From NCBI RefSeq assembly GCF_029250625.1, contig NZ_JAQXEX010000036.1: a stretch of 64,000 nucleotides of DNA, one strand, 5' to 3'. This DNA is from Poseidonia sp. Its GTDB lineage: Archaea; Thermoplasmatota; Poseidoniia; Poseidoniales; Poseidoniaceae. Of this stretch, positions 28,877 to 41,563 are shown piece by piece. The stretch's first letter is position 1. Each line of letters starts with the position of its first letter. A program made the position numbers and the translations under genes. The notes beneath the pieces are model-generated. The model saw nothing but the letters and a program-made list of their open reading frames with translations. It was not told where the DNA came from and searched no databases.

Positions 28877-29674
28877 TCAGTATTCCATTAGGGTCCAAGC
28901 ACTCTTGAGGTCCTTGATGTTGACAAGGCCCTTGTTTGAGAGTTTGAATTCGCTACGAAGTGTGGCGTAGACCAAGGATTGCCCGAGGACAGGCGCATGA
29001 AGACGAGCCCAATCTCCTCCGTTGCCGAGGGCCATCATCGAAAAGTTGTGCTTTGAGCCACGAAGTTCGTGACATGCTTCAACGATCTGAAGCGCATCTT
29101 GATGGTCGTTAACGGTCCCGCAAAATTTGAACATCTCGCCTTCGGTTGAATGTGTTTCTACCAGTTCAATGAGTTCGGATGCACTGGGGGTTGATTCTGT
29201 GTTGTGGATGGATGATACGATTCCAACTTTGGCGGCTGAGGCCATGTCAAGGATTTCTTTACGCTGTTGCTCTTCTACGGACAACTCAACGTCAATGGTA
29301 GTAACACCAGAGGAGATGGCTTTCTTCATGATGTCAAGTCGCTCATCTTCAGTCCCGGGGAAGTGTCCGCCTTCGTTAAGGGGGCGAACGGTGAAAATCA
29401 CAGGGAGGGGGATACTTTCCTTGAGGGATGTAATTGATTCATCAGCATCAACCTCTCCAGCCTCTAGGACGTGCCATTGGTCTTCGGGTGGTAGTACGTG
29501 TCGGATTTCACCGTTCTCGTCCTCCACGGGCTCGTGAGGGGGCTTCTTGAGGTAAAGGCGGTCAAAGCGCACTTCGACCATATCGGCACCAGCAATGTTC
29601 GCTCGGGCGGCTTCGTCAGCCATTTCTTTGACGGTTGTTCCTTCAAGGGACACACAGATGTTAGGGCCAGTCAT
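28877..29674 (-). CDS. aroD: 3-dehydroquinate dehydratase, type I
   Basis: ICVSLEGTTVKEMADEAARANIAGADMVEVRFDRL start and a SIHNTESTP-like (SyHdf..tP) motif. 265 aa. Confidence 0.8.
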   Translation of the reverse strand: MTGPNICVSLEGTTVKEMADEAARANIAGADMVEVRFDRLYLKKPPHEPVEDENGEIRHVLPPEDQWHVLEAGEVDADESITSLKESIPLPVIFTVRPLNEGGHFPGTEDERLDIMKKAISSGVTTIDVELSVEEQQRKEILDMASAAKVGIVSSIHNTESTPSASELIELVETHSTEGEMFKFCGTVNDHQDALQIVEACHELRGSKHNFSMMALGNGGDWARLHAPVLGQSLVYATLRSEFKLSNKGLVNIKDLKSAWTLMEY

Positions 29675-29972
29675 GACCTGCCCACTTGTGTCCTCTTCTT
29701 AACGCTCACGCCGCTCGCATTCCAATCTCGTGGAGAATTTTCTGTGTGGATTCTTGGATTAACCGTTTCTTTTTGAAGGGTAAAATGCAATAATAATTAG
29801 GAGCCTTCCGGCGGAGATTTTACTGATTCAATGCCATGTTTCGGAGGCATTGGCAGGGGTATGTTTAAACACCGTGGAGGGAAGTTCAAATTGAATGGGA
29901 GGGAGTGAAAAAAATCATGTCTATATCGGGCCGCAGCCCACTTTTTTCCAATGATTATTTTACCCTTGATAA

Positions 29973-34782
<4,810 letters not shown>

Positions 34783-34868
34783 GCCTAAGCCTCATCTCGG
34801 CGAAGCGACGCATTCAAACATGAAGGCGACCCGTAGGCAAATGCGGGGCCAACTCGGTCCATGCAAAG

Positions 34869-36134
34869 GTGATGGCTATGAAAGAGAGTTCACTCATTTA
34901 CGACTGGAATACTGTAGAATATGAATTCAGCCGAAACCCTTCAAACCACCCACACGGGGTTTGGTTTGATGATGAAACCCTACGGGACGGTTTGCAAAGT
35001 CCAAGTGCACGGAACCCTACCATTGAACAGAAAATTGAGTTGCTCAGTTTCATGGAGCAACTTGGGTTGCAAAAAGTAGACCTCGGTCTCCCCGGTGCAG
35101 GTCCGTTTCACCTCGAGCACATCGATGCCATGCTCAGCCATATCAAGGAAAACGATTACTCAATCCGACCTGGAGCCGCCGTTCGTACCCTCATGGGCGA
35201 CATCCAGCCTCTTGTCGAAATGCAAGCAAAACACGAAATGGAGATTCAGGCCTCAGCATTCCTTGGGACCAGTCCCATTCGACAGTTTACAGAAGGATGG
35301 ACCATGGAGAAACTTGTCACTACGATGGAAGGTGCTGTGTCTTACGCAGTTGAAAACGACGTTCCGGTCATGTTCGTTACCGAAGACACAACTCGCTCCA
35401 ACCCTGAAGATGTGAAAATGATCTATCAGCGTGCAATGGAACTCGGCGTTCGCCGCCTCTGCGTTTGTGATACTTGCGGACACGTCACCCCAAACGGCGT
35501 TAGGAAACTCCTCACTTTTATCGACGAAGAAGTCATCAAAGACGCCGGTTATCAGCGCCGAGACATCGAAGTCAACTGGCACGGCCACCAAGACCGTGGC
35601 CTTGGGGTAGCGAACAACATTGCAGCAGTTGAGGCGGGAGCAGACGTAATTCATGGGACCGCCCTCGGTGTTGGTGAGCGAGCTGGAAATGCGCCGCTTG
35701 ACCAAACCCTCGTCAACCTCAAACTCATGGGTGTTATTGAAAATGATTTGACGCTCTTGAATGCTTACGTGCAAAAAGCCAATGAATACATTGAGGTTCC
35801 TTTGCCCCGAAACTATCCAGTCTTTGGCGAAGATGCCTTCGAAACGGGTACCGGCGTCCACGCATCCGCCGTCATTAAGGCCATGAGAAAGGGCGACCAT
35901 TGGCTTGCAGACCGAGTGTACTCCGGAGTTCCCGCTGGCGATTTCGGCTTGAAGCAAGTCATACGAATCGGGCATATGTCGGGCCGCTCAAACATTGTCT
36001 GGTGGCTCGAACAAAACGAAATTGAAGTTTCGGACGACTTGGTCGCTCATCTCTTTGAAATCGCTAAGAGTCAAAAACGAAACATGCTGGATGAAGAAAT
36101 CCATGCTGCAGTCACTGCTTTTTCAAGTCAGTGA
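34869..36134 (+). CDS. 2-isopropylmalate / homocitrate / citramalate synthase family (HMGL-like) protein
   Basis: FDDETLRDGLQSP and HGHQDRGLGVANNIAAVEAGADVIHGTALGVGERAGNAPLDQ (H.HnD.GlAvAN..aAv.aGa..v.gT..G.GERaGN) motifs. 421 aa, the short-form LeuA/CimA/AksA family. Confidence 0.75.
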   Translation: MMAMKESSLIYDWNTVEYEFSRNPSNHPHGVWFDDETLRDGLQSPSARNPTIEQKIELLSFMEQLGLQKVDLGLPGAGPFHLEHIDAMLSHIKENDYSIRPGAAVRTLMGDIQPLVEMQAKHEMEIQASAFLGTSPIRQFTEGWTMEKLVTTMEGAVSYAVENDVPVMFVTEDTTRSNPEDVKMIYQRAMELGVRRLCVCDTCGHVTPNGVRKLLTFIDEEVIKDAGYQRRDIEVNWHGHQDRGLGVANNIAAVEAGADVIHGTALGVGERAGNAPLDQTLVNLKLMGVIENDLTLLNAYVQKANEYIEVPLPRNYPVFGEDAFETGTGVHASAVIKAMRKGDHWLADRVYSGVPAGDFGLKQVIRIGHMSGRSNIVWWLEQNEIEVSDDLVAHLFEIAKSQKRNMLDEEIHAAVTAFSSQ

Positions 36135-36147
36135 GGTTTTTTTTCCT
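36135..36147 (+). terminator. Oligo-T tract (T8) immediately after the stop of the HMGL-like gene; archaeal-type intrinsic terminator
   Basis: tgaGGTTTTTTTTCC directly after the TGA at 36132-36134, in a convergent gene junction. Confidence 0.5.
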
Positions 36148-36309
36148 TCACCAAAAATAGTATACTGCTAGGGCTGCAAAAAGTCCAATCACAGTCATCC
36201 AGTAGAGTGGTTTGACCCAGGCCTTTTGACCAAACTTCTCATCGATTTTGTCACCTACTGCAACGAAGGTGTTCTCAACTAATTCCGCTGGTATCAGTTC
36301 AACTGGCAT
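36148..36309 (-). CDS. Possible 53-aa membrane micro-protein (not in the ORF track because it is under 60 aa)
   Basis: ATG (cat 36307-36309) to TGA (tca 36148-36150) translates to MPVELIPAELVENTFVAVGDKIDEKFGQKAWVKPLYWMTVIGLFAALAVYYFW, with a clean C-terminal TM helix. Confidence 0.2.
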   Translation of the reverse strand: MPVELIPAELVENTFVAVGDKIDEKFGQKAWVKPLYWMTVIGLFAALAVYYFW

Positions 36310-36371
36310 TTCTAATCCCCTGTAGGTTATTACAATACCAAATGAAGATTTTCCCAGCGGGCACAGAGAGG

Positions 36372-37715
36372 TTACGATTCTTCTTCAAACTCTTTTGACT
36401 CGTTGGTGATTTTTGAGCCGATCCATTCCGAATCTACACTTCCACCGCTCCATTCACCATCTAAAGAAATCTCGCTAATTTCATGTTCTTCACGCCACAC
36501 TGGGTCTTCCTGACTTCCGTTGATGATGAATTTTCCATCATCATCAATCTGTTCTTCAAGAAGGGAAAAGTGCTTCGAGATGGGCAAAAAATGACCAACA
36601 GGCATTCCCGCTGCAGTAAACGGATTTGTTGCTGCTCCGATGATGAGTCCGTCTTCTGGTGCGACAATATCCACGGTCATTCCAGGTGTTCCTGGGTCTG
36701 ATATAGTCGCCAAGACCTCGCCTTCTCGCATGACGCTTCCAGCACTAACGAACATGTCCAGAAGCCCTCCCTCTCCAGCACGAAGCCATCGTGAGCCGCT
36801 CGCCATGATACGGAAACGAGGCCGATGTGGGTTCCCTGGTATCATACGTAAAGAGCGTAAGATGTTCATGACGCCATGGACAGCGACCTTGACCGATTCG
36901 TGGCCTAGATAGTCTGCCCCTCCGCCCTCGTAGGTGATGACTGGGATTTCAGCAGCGTTGGCTGTCCGTCGAAGCGAGCCTTTTGGGGGTGTTGAGTCAA
37001 GAATGAGTTCAATCCCAAACGCCTTTGCAAGTAAGTAAGAACTTGAATGAGTCAAGTCGACACGAACTTGGGGCATATTGTCCCGTCCTTTGGCTGCGCT
37101 ATGCAGGTCAATGATTCCATCCGAGTCCTCGATGAGGTGTTTCCATATCTGGTGAGCCACGCGCTTGGTTGTAGAACTTCCTGGGTCACCAGGGAATTGT
37201 CGGTTGAGGTCACGACCATCGGGGAAATATCTGGATTTTGCCCTGTAGCCGGGAAGATTGAGTACGGGGACAATACGCAAGGTTCCTGCCATTGACTTTG
37301 GGTCAAGAGGGCGCCCTTCGTCAGTAAACGGATTGCTCAACAAATGTGTGCAAGCAGATGGTCCCGTCAATTCATCTCCATGAATGCCTCCCAACACCGT
37401 GATGCAGGGGCCGGGCCGTGATCCATGAATAACCGTAACAGGAACCGGCCACGGGTCGCCTAGACTGACGTCGAGGAGGGGGAGCGGTACAGTTCTCAAG
37501 GTCCCTGGCTTGATGCGCTTCCGGAAGAAGCGAATATCTCCCCATTCCGAACTTCGGTCCCAATCGGGCCGGTCCTCGGTTTGATGGGCCTTCATGGCTT
37601 CCTCAATCGCCATTCTCCGGCGTTTTGGCAGTTCATGGGCGACCCGAACTTTTCGGACCTTGGTTTTCTTACGCCCCGCCATGCATTGGGCACAGCCCCC
37701 CCCATCATGAACCAT
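36372..37715 (-). CDS. Succinylglutamate-desuccinylase / aspartoacylase (AstE/AspA, M14-like) family deacylase
   Basis: VTVIHGSRPGPCITVLGGIHGDELTG carries the GG.HGnE zinc motif of this family. It has a basic N-terminal extension and an acidic C-terminal tail, and the start is uncertain. Confidence 0.6.
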   Translation of the reverse strand: MVHDGGGCAQCMAGRKKTKVRKVRVAHELPKRRRMAIEEAMKAHQTEDRPDWDRSSEWGDIRFFRKRIKPGTLRTVPLPLLDVSLGDPWPVPVTVIHGSRPGPCITVLGGIHGDELTGPSACTHLLSNPFTDEGRPLDPKSMAGTLRIVPVLNLPGYRAKSRYFPDGRDLNRQFPGDPGSSTTKRVAHQIWKHLIEDSDGIIDLHSAAKGRDNMPQVRVDLTHSSSYLLAKAFGIELILDSTPPKGSLRRTANAAEIPVITYEGGGADYLGHESVKVAVHGVMNILRSLRMIPGNPHRPRFRIMASGSRWLRAGEGGLLDMFVSAGSVMREGEVLATISDPGTPGMTVDIVAPEDGLIIGAATNPFTAAGMPVGHFLPISKHFSLLEEQIDDDGKFIINGSQEDPVWREEHEISEISLDGEWSGGSVDSEWIGSKITNESKEFEEES

Positions 37716-37772
37716 ACGCTATTTTCCCATCCGAAGCCAACAACCATGAAGTGTCATGCCTGACCTGTAGGT

Positions 37773-38237
37773 ATGGCTCAAGGAGTACAGCGAGAATTTG
37801 CGCCAAGCTCAATTTGTTTTGGTTGCGGGCCGGCAAATGAACAGGGCCTGCAAATTGACTCTCACCGGATTGAAAACGGTCTTATTCTGCGATACACACC
37901 CGAAGAACATCACCAAGCCTTCCCCGGTATGATCAACGGAGGCATCATTGGGACCTTATTGGACTGCCATGGGAATTGGACTGCAGCAGTTGCTCTTATG
38001 GACGCTCAAGGCACTGAGGAGCCACCATGCACGGTCACGGCATCTTACAGCGTCCAACTGCGACGCCCGACTCCATTGAACACTGAATTGGTGGTTACAA
38101 GCCAAGTTGAGACCTTACAGGACGACCGTGCTGAAATCTCTCTTAAGCTTGAAGCCAATGGTAAGGTATGCGCAACGGGAAAAGGCCTCTTCGTGGCTGT
38201 AAAAGAAGGCCATCCTGCCTATCATCGCTGGTCTTGA
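37773..38237 (+). CDS. Hotdog-fold thioesterase (PaaI/4HBT family)
   Basis: CFGCGPANEQGLQI...FPGMINGGIIGTLLDCHGNWTAAVA matches the PaaI-type N-terminus (cFgcg..n..Gl.....pG..hGG.ia.l.D...g.a). Confidence 0.7.
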   Translation: MAQGVQREFAPSSICFGCGPANEQGLQIDSHRIENGLILRYTPEEHHQAFPGMINGGIIGTLLDCHGNWTAAVALMDAQGTEEPPCTVTASYSVQLRRPTPLNTELVVTSQVETLQDDRAEISLKLEANGKVCATGKGLFVAVKEGHPAYHRWS

Positions 38238-38240
38238 GGT

Positions 38241-38777
38241 TTGTTCATGGTGCGCCCCAATGCCTCCCAATCAGTACGCCTTGAGTTGCTTAGAGACGAC
38301 GTGGTGGAGGAGATGAAAGGGCTCGGAATTTTTCCGTTAGAGAGCCTTACCATCGCCTCAACCGTCACACTGGGTCTTCTACGAAAGAGTTCTACACAAC
38401 GTCATGGAGTCACTCGTTGGACACGAAAACAGGGTGCGCTCGTTTTAGAAACGGTTGACCTCCATCCGGTTTTGCTTGAACAACATTGGTCGAGATATGC
38501 AGCGTTTGTACTCTATCACGAATTTCTTCACGCGGTTGGAAACAGGTCACACGACCGGGACTTTCGTGCGATGGAATCGCTATGGCCGGACATAGATGCG
38601 TCAAAACAAGGCTCTGAATTCACCAACAAGATGCGACTTGAGCGTGCATCGTGGTTATGGGTTTGTGTGCAATGCGAAATGGAATATCCTCGTCAGCGTC
38701 CAAGCGGGGGCAAATATCAATGCCGAAAATGCCGATGTCGTCTCGTTGACCGCCCCATAAAGGACATGAAATCATAA
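38241..38777 (+). CDS. SprT/DUF45-like HExxH metallohydrolase with C-terminal C4 zinc ribbon
   Basis: LYHEFLHAVGNRSHDRDFRAMESLWP parallels YgjP/DUF45 HELCHLKEHNHSKAFW...P. The C-terminal CVQCEMEY...CRKCRC looks like a zinc ribbon. Confidence 0.55.
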   Translation: MFMVRPNASQSVRLELLRDDVVEEMKGLGIFPLESLTIASTVTLGLLRKSSTQRHGVTRWTRKQGALVLETVDLHPVLLEQHWSRYAAFVLYHEFLHAVGNRSHDRDFRAMESLWPDIDASKQGSEFTNKMRLERASWLWVCVQCEMEYPRQRPSGGKYQCRKCRCRLVDRPIKDMKS

Positions 38778-38803
38778 ACAATGGCGAATCAGCACACATT
38801 GGG

Positions 38804-40855
38804 ATGATGATGAAGAATCGCAAGGTGTTCCTCCTTTCGAGCTTGTTCTTTCTCTCGCTCATGATTCCAATGTTCACTCCTTCCGCACAGGCTGGAATTA
38901 CGTCCCTTGAGGGTGGTGGGACGATGTACCTCTCATGTCAATCGGGAAATGACTGCTCCCTCACGCCCGTCTCCATGGGAGAGGGAAAATTTTCCGGACA
39001 AAGTTTTGGCTCAACGCTTCAACCTGAAACGCTCTCCTTTGAGTTTGATGCCGCACCAGCCCAGCAACATCTTGCCATTCTCCCGGAGCAAATTGACTCA
39101 TTGATTGTTGATTTTAGGCATCAAACAGAAACTGGCGGACTTCTTCGTCCAGCCGTTGACTTTCGTCTCATTCTTGGTGAAAGCGTGACCGATTGGTCGT
39201 TTGAAAGTGAATTTGTACCGACTTCATCAGAATACCAGCCCTACACACTTGAAGACGAATTGCTGGATTCTGGGGCATCAAGAGTTCTCTGGAAAGACGA
39301 CCAAATTCGATTGATCATGGTCGTTACCCTTGACCGCCCTGGGACTTGGGAATTGAATTTGCGAGGTCCTTCAAAGATCGAGATGGAACTTCCTTGGTCA
39401 ACCGATGCAGAAGCAGCAGACGTCGATGAACCCTCGTCCACCACTCAACCGATCGTTTCGAGTTTTGACTCTGGACATCGAGGAGCTTTGGTGGGCGATG
39501 ATTGGGATTGCTGGACATTCCCCGTTGAAGAGCATGAAGTGATGACCCTCATTGTAGATTGGGAGGCGGTTCCCATAGAACTTGAGCAACCTCATGAAGT
39601 TCCGAACTTGGTGACCGAATCGGGCCGCTTGTCGCCTCAGCCAGAAGTTGTGACTAAGCTTATCGATGATGACTTGAGAATCATCTATCGCTGGCGAAAT
39701 CTCCCTGTAAATGATTACAATTTGTGCTTTAGAGGTGCCCCAGATCGGTTTCAAGCCTATTCGTGGTCAGGATTATTCGGATACGAAAGTTCAGGCCCAG
39801 TCGTATCCGATGACTTTTCTTCAGAATCCTTCTATCCTTCAGGGACAGTTCTCCTCGGTGATGAATCTGAATCCTATGCTTTGAACGAACAAGGTGTGTC
39901 CGTATTGCTTCTTTCAATCGTCATGTTTGGAGTGTTCCTGCTCGTTGCTTTTAGGCCGACAACATCGTATCCGTTGAGGTTTGGAATTTTTTTACCGGGA
40001 GTCATCTTCCTCTTTGTTGGAGGCATTATCCATCCCTTGTGGTCCATCGCTGACGAAGTACAATATGAAGACGAAATCACCATCGATGAACTCATTGATA
40101 TGCGCCTCCAACAACTTTGGGATGTTACAGCCGATGGGGTGCCTGACCGTACTCTGGTCGAGTACACCGGAGCAACATGGGGTATGTTGGCTGGTGAGCG
40201 TCTTCAACTTCGTCTTTCCATTGAACGGGCGGTTCCTCTTCAGGACAACCGTTGGCAGCTGATTGTGCCTGAATTTGAGAAATTGCGACTTGATGAAGTG
40301 ATCTTTTCGCAAGTCGCTAAAGGAAGCCAGAACTCGGCCACCCAAGGAGTGCAAGATGACCATTCCGTACGTTTTGTCCTCCTTGCAGGTCGTTCTCTCG
40401 TTCTTGACTTCTTGATGCTGGAAGCGTTGTTGGTGGTTGACGAACTCCCGTCGTCTTCCGTGTTCCACATCGACACCGTGATGGTTGGAACCAGGTCTGC
40501 AGGTTCGTTCAACACACCTGTGTGGTCCACTCGTCCAGAAGGGATCTCAGAAAAATCTTGGATCGGAATTCAAGGGGACTTGTTTCCAAAACAAATCACC
40601 ATCAGTCTTTGTGATTGTGATTTGGACCTGCTTGATGTGAATTTCCAACCATCGCAAGGATTTGATTTGAATGATGTTCCTCAAGACAAATGGGGTTTGA
40701 AAAACGCTGATGGGATTTTACCCTACGGTGCAGCCTTGATGTGGCTCGGAATGTTGCTCGGTATTGTGGCCTCTACGCTTGAATTAAGACGTTATCAAAA
40801 AGCGCAAGGAATGGCACGTTCGTTCCACCCCATAAGAGAAAACCAGTGGACTTGA
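38804..40855 (+). CDS. Hypothetical secreted/membrane protein (signal peptide, internal TM pair, C-terminal TM)
   Basis: Signal peptide MMMKNRKVFLLSSLFFLSLMIPMFTPSAQA. TM helices VSVLLLSIVMFGVFLLVAF, FGIFLPGVIFLFVGGII and ALMWLGMLLGIVAST. No recognised family. Confidence 0.45.
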   Translation: MMMKNRKVFLLSSLFFLSLMIPMFTPSAQAGITSLEGGGTMYLSCQSGNDCSLTPVSMGEGKFSGQSFGSTLQPETLSFEFDAAPAQQHLAILPEQIDSLIVDFRHQTETGGLLRPAVDFRLILGESVTDWSFESEFVPTSSEYQPYTLEDELLDSGASRVLWKDDQIRLIMVVTLDRPGTWELNLRGPSKIEMELPWSTDAEAADVDEPSSTTQPIVSSFDSGHRGALVGDDWDCWTFPVEEHEVMTLIVDWEAVPIELEQPHEVPNLVTESGRLSPQPEVVTKLIDDDLRIIYRWRNLPVNDYNLCFRGAPDRFQAYSWSGLFGYESSGPVVSDDFSSESFYPSGTVLLGDESESYALNEQGVSVLLLSIVMFGVFLLVAFRPTTSYPLRFGIFLPGVIFLFVGGIIHPLWSIADEVQYEDEITIDELIDMRLQQLWDVTADGVPDRTLVEYTGATWGMLAGERLQLRLSIERAVPLQDNRWQLIVPEFEKLRLDEVIFSQVAKGSQNSATQGVQDDHSVRFVLLAGRSLVLDFLMLEALLVVDELPSSSVFHIDTVMVGTRSAGSFNTPVWSTRPEGISEKSWIGIQGDLFPKQITISLCDCDLDLLDVNFQPSQGFDLNDVPQDKWGLKNADGILPYGAALMWLGMLLGIVASTLELRRYQKAQGMARSFHPIRENQWT

Positions 40856-40856
40856 A

Positions 40857-41507
40857 TCACTTCTTGTCGGCTTTCTTAAGTTCTTTGGAAACGGCCTCTG
40901 TGACTTCGTCAGGATTCATTTTTGCGGCTTGGGCAGCCTTGTCAATTGATTTTGCCTCTTCATCGGTGATTTCACCGTCAGATGCCGCAGATTTGATCGC
41001 AGCCTTAACGCTCATCTCTGCTGCTTCTTCATCAGTAATGCCCAATGCTTCTTGGAACGATTTCAGTTCCTTCATTTCAGCCTCGGAAATAACGCCGTCT
41101 TCCCATGCGGAATCGTAGGCATGAACCAAGAATTCACGGTACGCTTCTTGATTGAGAAGGACGTCTCGAATCAGTCCGGTGTCGACTCCTGTATCTGAAT
41201 TCGCCATCTCGAGAAGGGCGATGGAGCGGCGGATTTCCTTTACTGCCATGTCTTTGAGCCCGTGTCCTGCCCAGACTGCACCAGCTGCCGTGACTGCAGC
41301 GGCGAACCATCGCATCACATCAGGATTGACCAAATCGCCGGGCTGAACCAAATGGAAAATTCCGAGCACTGCCATTGCAGCACCGCACATCACTTCCACC
41401 CAATCATTGAGGTCAGGCTCATCATCAAAGATGGACAATCGCTCTTCTACCATGGCCTCCATATCGTCGCTCATGTGGGTGGACACCCACAGGTGGGACT
41501 TAGGCAT
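40857..41507 (-). CDS. Hypothetical protein with a repeated acidic helical C-terminus
   Basis: Repeated (I/V)S/TDEEA(A/K)...KAA motifs. No recognised family. Divergent from hel308. Confidence 0.35.
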   Translation of the reverse strand: MPKSHLWVSTHMSDDMEAMVEERLSIFDDEPDLNDWVEVMCGAAMAVLGIFHLVQPGDLVNPDVMRWFAAAVTAAGAVWAGHGLKDMAVKEIRRSIALLEMANSDTGVDTGLIRDVLLNQEAYREFLVHAYDSAWEDGVISEAEMKELKSFQEALGITDEEAAEMSVKAAIKSAASDGEITDEEAKSIDKAAQAAKMNPDEVTEAVSKELKKADKK

Positions 41508-41563
41508 GTCGGAAGTTCTCCGAAGCCGTTGTCCTTTTGGACTGTTGGCGTTGGTAGGGTATT

